Shown: positions 27,721 through 36,350 of the stretch, piece after piece
How the letters are laid out: each line of letters starts with the position of its first letter
How positions within the stretch are numbered: the first letter of the stretch is position 1
From: an uncultured delta proteobacterium
GTDB taxonomy: Bacteria; Desulfobacterota; Desulfobacteria; Desulfobacterales; UBA11574
Reading direction: 5' to 3'
DNA: 64,000 bases
Assembly: GCA_963706295.1 (NCBI GenBank)
Contig: CAVPLW010000022.1
Location: 46,437 to 110,436 of the forward strand
The notes under the pieces: model-generated
Database searches by the model: none
What the model saw: the letters and a program-made list of their open reading frames with translations, nothing else
What the model was told of the DNA's origin: nothing
Program-made: the position numbers and the translations under genes

Positions 27721-28203
27721 GTGTGTGATATTATCTGGTGTAAGAAAGAAATTAATGGAAAAAAGTGTAACACCGTTAACTACCTTGATCCTTACTGTTT
27801 CTGGAACTGGGAGGGAAAGGTAAACTGCGCTGAATGCAAAACGGTGTATTACATCCACATGATTCAGGGCTTTATGTACAGGGGCCCTGAGGAAGTTGAC
27901 GAAAAACCGGACACCAGTCCGCTCTATGCGGATAAGCCCCTGGAGGGTTACAAGAACTATTTGCCGGGCATCGAAGGCCGGACCAGGCCGTATCAATGCC
28001 TGCCCAGAGATATCTACCTGGGGACGGCCGACATGGTCAAGTTCAGCGCCAGGGGCAGGCCGGTCAGGGGCTGGCGTCCGCAGCCGCCGTCCGCCGGCAT
28101 TGCCGGAAGCTTTGGCTTTGAATGGGATATTCAGAAACTGACTCCTGAAGTATGGGAGGAGTATCAGGAGAAACTGAAAAAAGGTGAAGTAGGCGAATGG
28201 TAA
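27721..28203 (+). CDS. Hypothetical 160-aa Cys/Trp-rich protein (probable N-terminal zinc-binding module)
   Basis: GTG start after AAGGAGGAGGG. Six Cys in the first 40 aa (C2, C7, C16, C26, C36-x2-C39). I recognise no family. Confidence 0.7.
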   Translation: MCDIIWCKKEINGKKCNTVNYLDPYCFWNWEGKVNCAECKTVYYIHMIQGFMYRGPEEVDEKPDTSPLYADKPLEGYKNYLPGIEGRTRPYQCLPRDIYLGTADMVKFSARGRPVRGWRPQPPSAGIAGSFGFEWDIQKLTPEVWEEYQEKLKKGEVGEW

Positions 28204-28221
28204 AAAAGAAAGGAGTTTTAC

Positions 28222-28452
28222 ATGGCACAGTTAACACCTGAAGAGTTTCTGGACACTGTTCTGGTTCCGGAAAAACAAAGTGATCATATATGCTGGCAGT
28301 GCAGGAACTTGAAGCCGGTTCTCAAAGGCTCCAAGTTTCCGCCCGCAGATATCATCGGCTGGTGTATGAAAATCTACTGGCCCGACTACTGGTGTGTCGC
28401 GGATTTCAATGTGGTTAAAAAGTGCTTTGCCTTTACGGAGAAGAAAAAATAA
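28222..28452 (+). CDS. Hypothetical 76-aa Cys/Trp-rich protein
   Basis: ATG 7 nt after AAAGGAG. Cys at positions 24, 27 (CWQC), 48, 58 and 68. I recognise no family. Confidence 0.65.
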   Translation: MAQLTPEEFLDTVLVPEKQSDHICWQCRNLKPVLKGSKFPPADIIGWCMKIYWPDYWCVADFNVVKKCFAFTEKKK

Positions 28453-28630
28453 GGCGAAAAATCTGAGTGATCCATTGAAAGAAGTGGAGGCTGGAAAAAC
28501 CGTAAAAAGATCCGAAGTATAAGTACGTAAAGCACTCCGACTCTGTTTGGCGGGAGTAAGGGCATACACAGCGTCGAGATATAACTGCTCCAACGCGCTT
28601 ATACTTCGGTTTAAAAAAAGGAGGGATAGC

Positions 28631-29053
28631 ATGCCTGAGAAATGTCGTGTGGGTGTCTGCGGATACGACCCCATGCTCGTGAAAGGATACTTGGCGGCAA
28701 ATATTAGGGCCTTGTGGTGGCATATATCCGACGAGCTGTACGAGGAGTTTGACATGAAACCGGGAATGAAGGTTTCCGGCAAACTGTTGAAGGTCTATAA
28801 CGGAAAAGATGGAAAAGAATCCGCAGCTCCCAATGAACCCTTTAAGTGGGAAACATCCAAGGAGTCGGGTCTTGTCGTGGTGCTGCCGTCTGATGTCATC
28901 GCCAAATACAAGCTCACCGAGTGTCACTTCATTGAGATGATCATTGATACGATTGACGGCAAAGACGTCTACCCCGGCAAAGAGAGAATGAGCGAAAAAT
29001 TCTGGCCCGAGGAGATGATGAAACTGGACTTTGTCCTTCAATATATCGAGTAG
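28631..29053 (+). CDS. Hypothetical 140-aa protein (last gene of the CoA-transferase module)
   Basis: ATG 28631 is preceded by AAAAAGGAGGGATAGC. The track start at 28547 would run through a 12-bp-stem hairpin and has no RBS. A GLVVVLPSDVIAKYKL segment is reminiscent of AbrB/SpoVT-type swapped-hairpin domains (weak). Confidence 0.65.
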   Translation: MPEKCRVGVCGYDPMLVKGYLAANIRALWWHISDELYEEFDMKPGMKVSGKLLKVYNGKDGKESAAPNEPFKWETSKESGLVVVLPSDVIAKYKLTECHFIEMIIDTIDGKDVYPGKERMSEKFWPEEMMKLDFVLQYIE

Positions 29054-29106
29054 CCCGTCGCCGTTGAGGGCCATTAAAGGGGGAGGGGCTGCGGAAGAAT
29101 ATTTTT

Positions 29107-29130
29107 CACACCCTCTTTAAAGAGTGTGTG
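29107..29130 (+). terminator. Possible terminator hairpin after the CoA-transferase module (no U-tract)
   Basis: CACACCCTC-TTTAAA-GAGTGTGTG, a 9-bp stem with one mismatch, 54 nt after the stop at 29053. It is followed by TTCACC rather than a T-run. Confidence 0.3.
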
Positions 29131-29434
29131 TTCACCGTCTCGGCGATGAACTCCATAAGAGTGCATCAGCAATATATTCCGCTCTCCTCTCCCTAAAACC
29201 GTACTTATATGCAATATGTAACTACCGGGAGGGGCGACCCGTCTCTCCTGTTTACCTCCGAAACGGCGGGGCGGGGGGCTACACTCCCCGCCGATCCATG
29301 CCGATAGCCAGGGAATTTTATTGTAATCACCTTATGGGTTTGAGCCGTTCATCCTGTTGACTTTGATATGACAGGGGAAAAACAGACAATATCTGTTGAT
29401 TAGACCCGGTAAAAATGTGAAAAACTGAAAGACA

Positions 29435-29857
29435 TTGAATGGTTACACAAAACAGATTCCGATCCTCCTACTGATCGCAAATGAGAAAATCCGGAGTTAT
29501 GTTTTAGAGCTATGCAAGAGAAACAACTTCCATCCTCTGATCGGTGCTGATCTGGAAGAACTCATAAAAAGTTTTAAAACGAGGCACAGCAGCATCGTTA
29601 TGTTGGACTACGAAGTGGTCAAATCTTATGGTGCGAGGATCTATTCAAGAATTAATGTTGCCTGCCCCGGTTGTAATGCCATCCTGCTTTGCGATCAAGA
29701 CCATCGCGACCTTATCAAAGAGGCCGTGGAACATGGTGTTTACGCGTGCATTCTGGCACCTTATGAGGAATGGGAGGTGCTGACCATGATCAGAAACATT
29801 GACGCCAAAAAGAAATTGCGGGGACGAAAGAAACTCGACAAAGATCAAGCGTTATAA
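29435..29857 (+). CDS. CheY-like receiver-domain protein with a degenerate acidic pocket (stand-alone)
   Basis: IPILLLIANEK...SIVMLDYEV...ILLCDQ...AVEHGVYACILAP follows the (beta-alpha)5 receiver pattern, but the N-terminal DD pair is replaced by NE. TTG start with a weak RBS. Confidence 0.5.
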   Translation: MNGYTKQIPILLLIANEKIRSYVLELCKRNNFHPLIGADLEELIKSFKTRHSSIVMLDYEVVKSYGARIYSRINVACPGCNAILLCDQDHRDLIKEAVEHGVYACILAPYEEWEVLTMIRNIDAKKKLRGRKKLDKDQAL

Positions 29858-29892
29858 TTGGAATTCTGTCGGGGTTTTTGTATAGACGAAGC

Positions 29893-30843
29893 TTATCGCT
29901 TCAGCAATTTGACAACGACGATCAAAAGTAAGGCTAAAGGATAGGTGCTGGCCATGTTGAAAAGCACCATGGCATACTGTGATTTCTTTGTTTGATAGAG
30001 AATCCAGGCGGGCAGGACAAAAAGGAAAAGTCCTGTTGCCACGGCGGCAACCAGAAACGGAAATTCAAAAGGGATCGGAGAGCTGTAAAACACAACGGTG
30101 GAAAGAATTAGCGATGCAGTCAGAGATCCCAGAATAATTGCATTGGCCGAGTTTGTGCCCAGTTGAACCGGAATGGTCTTGGCGTTAAGGCGCTGATCCT
30201 CCTCGATGTCGGACCAGTCATTGGGAACGTTCTGGCCGCCGATTTCCCACAAAAACAACCACAGAAACAGCATGGACAGAAATATCGGTGAAGGGCTCGG
30301 ATCCACGGCAAACACACCGGCAATGGCTCCGGCCGTCTTAACGCCGCCACTGACCAGGGTTCTGAGATGGGTGACTTTGAGTAACAGACAATACACCGTC
30401 TCCAGAGAACAACCGATGACAAAAATTAAAATGCAGACCGGATTTAAGTAGTAAGCGCCCCATATCGCCACAATTGACCAGCCCACCGTCCAGAGCAACC
30501 CTTCTTTAAAACTCAGATATCCCTGGGCCATGGGATGTCGCACCATGGCGGCATCCAGATCACATTCGATATCGAAATTTCCACAGAGCTTCAACTTTTC
30601 TTTATCCACACGATAATCGATGACATCGTTAAGGGCATAAACCGCCGTATACCCCGCAAATGTGGTAATCAGTCCGATTAAAATCACTTCAAAAGAGGGA
30701 AAACGGCCGAGCCAGAGCAGCGCACCCAATGCGGGTGTGGCCATGTCCAGCAATCCGTGAGGCGTTCTGGAGAGCGCCCAGAAAAGTTTTATTTTAGTAA
30801 GACCGGTATATGTATGAATCGGTTGTGTCATCTTCATTTCCAA
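29893..30843 (-). CDS. UbiA-family aromatic prenyltransferase
   Basis: 316 aa, about 8-9 TM helices, with the Asp-rich motif NDVIDYRVD (NDxxDxxxD). Confidence 0.85.
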   Translation of the reverse strand: MEMKMTQPIHTYTGLTKIKLFWALSRTPHGLLDMATPALGALLWLGRFPSFEVILIGLITTFAGYTAVYALNDVIDYRVDKEKLKLCGNFDIECDLDAAMVRHPMAQGYLSFKEGLLWTVGWSIVAIWGAYYLNPVCILIFVIGCSLETVYCLLLKVTHLRTLVSGGVKTAGAIAGVFAVDPSPSPIFLSMLFLWLFLWEIGGQNVPNDWSDIEEDQRLNAKTIPVQLGTNSANAIILGSLTASLILSTVVFYSSPIPFEFPFLVAAVATGLFLFVLPAWILYQTKKSQYAMVLFNMASTYPLALLLIVVVKLLKR

Positions 30844-30994
30844 ATTCTGAGCAATTCACAGGCAATAAAAGCATTGGCAGTAAGACGCTGTCAAAATTGC
30901 TTCTCATTAGCATGTAGCCCATATGACCGTCAAGACGCTACCACTGGTTAAATTTATTTCATTCAGATCAGAGATCCTCGGTGCTGCGACCTGA

Positions 30995-31879
30995 TCAGGC
31001 CATACTTTTTTTCGTGTGAACCTCAAGCCGTTCCACCATCAGAGAACAGGCAAGACAAATCAAAAAATAGAGCACCATCACCGTAATCCATACCTCAAAG
31101 GTTAAAAAAGTTGCCGACATAAGCTCCATGCCCTGAAACGTAAGTTCCTGGATAGAAATAACAGAGACAATTGAAGAATCTTTGATCGTTGAAATGAACT
31201 GTCCGGCAAGCGGCGGGAGTATCCTCTGGGCAGCCTGGGGAAAAATAATATGGCGAATCTGCTGATACCTTGAAAAGCCCACGGCTGCAGATGCTTCCCA
31301 CTGACCGTTTTCAATGGACTCGATGCCGGCTCTGATGATTTCTGTAATATAAGCCCCCTCATAAATACCCAATGCAAGCATGCCGGACAAAAACGCCGGA
31401 AAATGTGTTGGAGAGATAAACATAATGGACACCATATCCTGAAAGAATCCAGGTGTAGATTTTTTCAGATGGTCCAGTCCGATGATTGGGAAAAACTGAT
31501 CGCTGATAAAATAATAGAAAATGAATATCCAGACCAGAATGGGTATATTCCGAATCAGTTCAACATAACTCCAGCCGATGAGCCGCTTGAAAGGGCTTCG
31601 GCTGGTTCGAAAGAGGCCCATGATGATTCCAAAAATCATGGCAACGATGGTGGAATAGATGCTTAGCCGCAGGGTTATAAACACACCCTGCATGATCAGC
31701 CCCGGAACCCATTTGTCCGTTGTTGCATCAAACCTGAAAAGATACTGGGGCATAACGCCCCAGTTCCACTTGTAATGAACTTCAACGTTTATTCGATGGG
31801 TAATCCAGACGCAGACACAAGTTAGGATTAGAAATATCAATATGTCCAGACGGGTAATTTTATGTTTCAGCGATTTCAA
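30995..31879 (-). CDS. Polar amino acid ABC transporter permease (His/Glu/Gln/Arg/opine family)
   Basis: EAA-loop region EGAYITEIIRAGIESIENGQWEASAAVGFSRYQQIRHIIFPQA. Confidence 0.88.
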   Translation of the reverse strand: MKSLKHKITRLDILIFLILTCVCVWITHRINVEVHYKWNWGVMPQYLFRFDATTDKWVPGLIMQGVFITLRLSIYSTIVAMIFGIIMGLFRTSRSPFKRLIGWSYVELIRNIPILVWIFIFYYFISDQFFPIIGLDHLKKSTPGFFQDMVSIMFISPTHFPAFLSGMLALGIYEGAYITEIIRAGIESIENGQWEASAAVGFSRYQQIRHIIFPQAAQRILPPLAGQFISTIKDSSIVSVISIQELTFQGMELMSATFLTFEVWITVMVLYFLICLACSLMVERLEVHTKKSMA

Positions 31880-31924
31880 AAGGATCTTTGCTCCAACGCT
31901 TTAGTTGAAAAAGGATAACAGCGC

Positions 31925-32761
31925 CTATTTAATCATTTTTTCCCAGTCTTTGGTCCGGAACCAGTAGTTTTTTCGGTCTTTGAGCCATCCTTCGGATTCA
32001 ACATAACGAATCCAGTTGTTGAGGTAATTCAAGGTGTCAAAATCTCCTTTTTTTACTGCAAATCCAATGGGTTCCATTGTAAACGTTTTATCAAGAGGGA
32101 GAAAAAGTTTTGTGGGATATTTAATGGCCTGAAATTCCGGTGTTGGGGCCGATCCAACAACAGCGTGAACCTTTCCGTTCATCAGTTCCTGATATGCCTG
32201 GGATTCATCATCAAACAGTCGCAGCGTCGCTTTTGGCATATATTTTTTGGCGGCGGTCACGGCAGTTGAGCCAAGTCTGGCGGCGATAACGACACTGGAA
32301 CTGTTGAAGTCTCCGAGTCGACTGAATCCGGCGGCGAGTGTTTTATGGGCAACTATCGACATTCCAGTGTGATCGTATGGGATACTGAAGTTGACCTTTA
32401 AATTTCGGCTTGGGATGATTCCCATGCCGCCGATGATGACGTCAAATTTCCCTGTGATGAGCGCCGGTATGATTCCGGACCATTTGGTTGGGATAAACTC
32501 AACTTTGACACCGGTATCTTTGGCCAGGCGTTTTGCGACGTCAATCTCAAAACCGATAAGATCTCCAGTCTTGTCCTTCATGGCCCATGGCACAAAGGTC
32601 GACATGCCCACCCGGAGAGCACCGCGCTTTTGAACCTGTTCGATGACACTTTCTTTTTCTTCGGCCTGTTTGACTGGGGTGGAGTTATTGCTACATGCGA
32701 CCATCATCATCAAGATTGCTGTAGTCAACACACCTGCTCGCATGGATGAAAAAAAATTCAT
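31925..32761 (-). CDS. Polar amino acid ABC transporter substrate-binding lipoprotein (family 3 SBP)
   Basis: Lipobox MMMVACS; LRVGMSTFVPWAMKDKTGDLIGFEIDVAKRLAK is typical of family 3 binding proteins. Confidence 0.88.
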   Translation of the reverse strand: MNFFSSMRAGVLTTAILMMMVACSNNSTPVKQAEEKESVIEQVQKRGALRVGMSTFVPWAMKDKTGDLIGFEIDVAKRLAKDTGVKVEFIPTKWSGIIPALITGKFDVIIGGMGIIPSRNLKVNFSIPYDHTGMSIVAHKTLAAGFSRLGDFNSSSVVIAARLGSTAVTAAKKYMPKATLRLFDDESQAYQELMNGKVHAVVGSAPTPEFQAIKYPTKLFLPLDKTFTMEPIGFAVKKGDFDTLNYLNNWIRYVESEGWLKDRKNYWFRTKDWEKMIK

Positions 32762-32815
32762 TTTCCTTCTCCTTTCTCTATTAGATGCGCAATGATAAAT
32801 AATGTGCTTAAGGTT

Positions 32816-33622
32816 TTATGCTTCAACGGTAAGGCGCTTTTCCATAATATTAACGGCGATGGATAATGTCGCCGTCATCAATAAATATATGGCTGCTATG
32901 ATAAACCATAGCTCAAAAACCATGTATGTTTCCGCGATAATCTGTTGACCCCGCATGGTCAAATCATACATCGCGATGGTGCTGACTAAGGCGGAATCCT
33001 TAATCAGCGATATGGCCTGACTTGCAAGGGGAGGAAGCATATGACGGATGGCTTGGGGTAGAATGACATGACGATACGTATTCCAGGGATTAAGCCCGAT
33101 GCTGTATGCTGCTTCCCACTGACCTTTATGGATAGAAAGAATTCCTGCCCGAAAGATTTCCGATGCATATGCGCCTTCAAAAAGACTCAACGCCAGTACA
33201 GCAGAGGTAAACCTGCTGAATCCCAGTACCGGTGAAATAACGAAATAAATAAAAAAGATCTGCACAAGAAGCGGTGTGTTTCTGACAAGTTCCATATAGA
33301 CCCGGGACAGTGTCCGGGCTGCAAAAGAATCTGAGAGCCGAAAAAGTGCGGTAACCAGACCGAAAATGCTTGAAATTACCAGGCTTATGGCCGTAATTTT
33401 CAGTGTGACTAAAATACCATCAAGAAGGGGGCCTGCAACAAATGAACCGTCGATAAATGTAAAAAGATACTTGGGGATACGATACCACTGCCAATTGTAG
33501 TCCAACTTGCCGGTACTGACAAACATAAACCACACGATTAATCCGGCTGTTGCCAGAAATTTAATCCCATCTTTTGCCGAAAAATGGGCTTTTATCGGTT
33601 TTGCGCTATATTTAGTGAACAT
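32816..33622 (-). CDS. Polar amino acid ABC transporter permease (second subunit)
   Basis: EGAYASEIFRAGILSIHKGQWEAAYSIGLNPWNTYRHVILPQA, the same family as 30995-31879. Confidence 0.88.
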   Translation of the reverse strand: MFTKYSAKPIKAHFSAKDGIKFLATAGLIVWFMFVSTGKLDYNWQWYRIPKYLFTFIDGSFVAGPLLDGILVTLKITAISLVISSIFGLVTALFRLSDSFAARTLSRVYMELVRNTPLLVQIFFIYFVISPVLGFSRFTSAVLALSLFEGAYASEIFRAGILSIHKGQWEAAYSIGLNPWNTYRHVILPQAIRHMLPPLASQAISLIKDSALVSTIAMYDLTMRGQQIIAETYMVFELWFIIAAIYLLMTATLSIAVNIMEKRLTVEA

Positions 33623-34137
33623 GAGAATTGCATTCCGAACATTTAGTGTGCCTTGGATAATGGAAAGCGCTTCGGATCCGATTCATCTAAACTTATCAAA
33701 TAGACTTATCAAAATTTATGCCAGCTCATATGTTCCAAAAAAACATTGACCCTGTGTGGCGATAATTCAGTCTTGGGATTCTTTCTACCCATATGATTGC
33801 CTTGTTCCTCTATCCCGGTGTTTCATAATTGTTATGATACAAACTTGTCTCATAATACAAGGCTGGAATCCTTTTTTAAATGGATCAATGGAAATAAAAT
33901 TCAATATTGGGTCGCTGCTGGGAATCAATCCATATTTTTAAACATGATAGCGTAAAATTTTGATTTGCGTTTGCTGGGTAAGCGTAAGTGGCTATTGATC
34001 AACGAATATCAATGATCATTGCTATATCTCATTTCATCACCGTACAATAAAATATTTTCTTGGCATGTTCAAGTGATAAACAATAATTTCCCATAACACC
34101 AATGGAGCATCCATTGTCATTCGGTGTGAAATTCTTG

Positions 34138-34152
34138 TGGCACATTAATTGC
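34138..34152 (+). promoter_or_regulatory. Sigma-54 (-24/-12) promoter
   Basis: TGGCAC-ATTAA-TTGC is a perfect consensus match, 53 nt upstream of ATG 34205. A palindrome AATGGA-GCA-TCCATT lies at 34101-34115. Confidence 0.8.
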
Positions 34153-34204
34153 TGTGTAAACTATGATAAATTACGAAAGCCGTTATCATTTGCAGTGGAG
34201 GGAT

Positions 34205-34564
34205 ATGATGATGAAATTAGACGATATTAAAAAGGATCAGCACCTTATCGATGCCATAGATTGGGACATGACACCGGAAGAAGCGGTCCGGCTCTATCTT
34301 GAATGGGGTAACAACTGGGCCGGCGGCAATTATGTTATCCGGTCCAAGGATGATACAGCGCATTATTTTGTGGTCAACACCTGGAAAGATACTCCCATTA
34401 TCTATCTCGTACAAAGAAATTCCGAGGAAGCGAAGGAATTGGCTGAGATTGAGATTCCGGAAGTGTTGAAAAAACGGTATGTTGAAATTAACGGCAAGGC
34501 CAAAGGTGTTTACTCTATTGAAGGCGAAATAAAGGCATGGCTTAAAAAAGAACTCGATTCGTAA
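34205..34564 (+). CDS. Hypothetical 119-aa protein expressed from a sigma-54 promoter
   Basis: ATGATGATG at 34205 follows a GGAGGG RBS. The track start at 34163 would coincide with the predicted transcription start. I recognise no family. Confidence 0.65.
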   Translation: MMMKLDDIKKDQHLIDAIDWDMTPEEAVRLYLEWGNNWAGGNYVIRSKDDTAHYFVVNTWKDTPIIYLVQRNSEEAKELAEIEIPEVLKKRYVEINGKAKGVYSIEGEIKAWLKKELDS

Positions 34565-34943
34565 ATGTTAAATCGGTGAAGAGAGCAAAGCGGTTTCAAA
34601 GGTCATCAGTGCTCTGAAAAAACAGGGGAAAGTGACATCCCCAAAAAGATGCTATTATGCACCCAGTGAATAATTGCAGAAAGATTGCCTTATGAATTCA
34701 AGAATTATGCTTGTATAAAATAAAAGATTGATTCTTTCAAGACAAACTGTAAAATAAAACTGTGGTTTCCGTGCCGATGCCCCCTTTAATCGATTTCTAT
34801 GCCAGGGGTCGGTCGCCGAAATCTTTAATGCTGCGTTTGTTTAAAGTAAAAGCCATATTAATCGTTTCTTGAATCCATGAATTTTGTGATAAGTATATAA
34901 AAAGCAGGATTACAAGGGCGAAAAAAAATTAAAGGAGGGGGTT

Positions 34944-35405
34944 ATGACGTTTGATTCTTTTGAGGACTTGATCGAATTCGCAATCGAAAAGGAAAAAGAA
35001 GCTTCAGCTTTTTATGCAGACCTGGCCCGGCAGACATCCTTTTCAGGGGTAAAAGAGGCATTGTTGGAGATGTCGCAAGAAGAAAAAAAACACCAGACAA
35101 TGCTGGAAAATCTGGGAAGCAACCAAGCACTCGTGGAGGATTATAAATTCAAATGGATCCCGGATATAAAGCGTAGTGATTACATGGTTGAAATGAAATA
35201 TGAAGACGGCATGAGTTATGCGGACATCCTTCGCCTTGCCATGAAGCGAGAAGAGCAGGCATTGAAAATGTATAATGAACTTCAGAAGAAGGCCGACAAT
35301 GAAGAGAATATCAAGATTCTCAAGGTGCTATGCCAGGAAGAGGCCAAACATAAACTGTTTTTAGAAGCTATTTACGATGACCATATGGCTGAGCAGGGAG
35401 ATTAA
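34944..35405 (+). CDS. Ferritin-like / rubrerythrin-family di-iron protein
   Basis: EFAIEKEKEASAFY...EEKKH...ALKMYNEL...EEAKH shows the paired ExxH four-helix-bundle motifs. The RBS is AAAGGAGGGGG. Confidence 0.8.
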   Translation: MTFDSFEDLIEFAIEKEKEASAFYADLARQTSFSGVKEALLEMSQEEKKHQTMLENLGSNQALVEDYKFKWIPDIKRSDYMVEMKYEDGMSYADILRLAMKREEQALKMYNELQKKADNEENIKILKVLCQEEAKHKLFLEAIYDDHMAEQGD

Positions 35406-35549
35406 AATTCCCATCGAGCGAAAACCCTCGATTAAAAGCCATCAGGTGTCGAGCGTCAGTATACCTTATCAATGAGATATAAAGGCATAAGGTAGAACTT
35501 TCTTTCTATCACCTGAATACTGACCTCCTGGTCCCCCCTAATTGTGCTT

Positions 35550-35564
35550 TGGCACAGTTAGGGC
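35550..35564 (+). promoter_or_regulatory. Weak candidate sigma-54 promoter upstream of the hydrolase-sucAB-lpdA genes
   Basis: TGGCAC-AGTTA-GGGC has a perfect -24 and correct GG/GC spacing, but the -12 is GGGC. It would leave only about a 7-nt leader before ATG 35583, which argues against it. Confidence 0.3.
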
Positions 35565-35582
35565 CTAGTTGAATAATCACTT

Positions 35583-36350
35583 ATGGAACAGCCGGTTCAT
35601 TTTTATAACCATCAAGGCGAAAAACTTGCTGGTACGCTCCATTTGCCCGATCGGCCTGCCGGGTGCGGGGTGGTTTTTGGTCATTGTTTCACCTGCTCCC
35701 GGAATACCCGTATTATCCGTGAGATCTGCAATGAACTGGCTGCGGAAGACATTTTGGCCCTGCGGTTCGACTTTTCCGGAAACGGGCAGAGCGAGGGCGA
35801 ATTTTCGGCGTCCGACTATTCCAAACAGATCGCCGAGATGCAGACGGCCGCCGACGTTATCGCTGAAAAAGGTGCCCGTTGGATCGGCCTTGCAGGGCAT
35901 AGCATGGGTGCTGTAATTGCCGTTCTCACAGCAGCCCGAACCAGGACCGTGAAGGCGGTGTGCGCACTGGCCGGGCGGTTATCCGGGCTAAAGGCCACCC
36001 ATTTTTTCAGTAAAAAACAGCTAAAGGAACTCGAGGACACCGGCAGGGTATCGTTCAACAGTCGGGGCCGTTCATTGCAACTTTCAACGGAATTTTTTGC
36101 AGACGCCAAACAGTATGATCTTCCGGAAACCGTAAAATCATTACAAACACCACTGATGGTTATCCACGGTGATGCCGACGAAATCATTCCGGTGCAGGAT
36201 GCGTATCTGGCTAAAACATTGAATCCTGAATATACGGAGTTGGTTGTAATACAGGGTGCTGATCACATGTTCAGTGCCGAGATGCATCGTACCCAGACCT
36301 CTAAATTGGTGGTTAAATGGTTTAAGGAACACCTCCATGGACCTCTCTGA
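35583..36350 (+). CDS. Alpha/beta-fold hydrolase
   Basis: Nucleophile elbow GHSMGA, 255 aa. The late GDADEIIP / GADHMF segments fit the Asp and His of the triad. The 3' end overlaps the sucA start by 14 nt. Confidence 0.82.
   Translation: MEQPVHFYNHQGEKLAGTLHLPDRPAGCGVVFGHCFTCSRNTRIIREICNELAAEDILALRFDFSGNGQSEGEFSASDYSKQIAEMQTAADVIAEKGARWIGLAGHSMGAVIAVLTAARTRTVKAVCALAGRLSGLKATHFFSKKQLKELEDTGRVSFNSRGRSLQLSTEFFADAKQYDLPETVKSLQTPLMVIHGDADEIIPVQDAYLAKTLNPEYTELVVIQGADHMFSAEMHRTQTSKLVVKWFKEHLHGPL

Noticed and set aside
33636-33660. The reverse-strand sequence AGGCAC-ACTAA-ATGT as a sigma-54 promoter for the polar amino acid ABC operon.
   Set aside because: The -24 lacks the leading T and the -12 is GT rather than GC. 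It lies only about 20 nt upstream of the start codon at 33622, which is too close.
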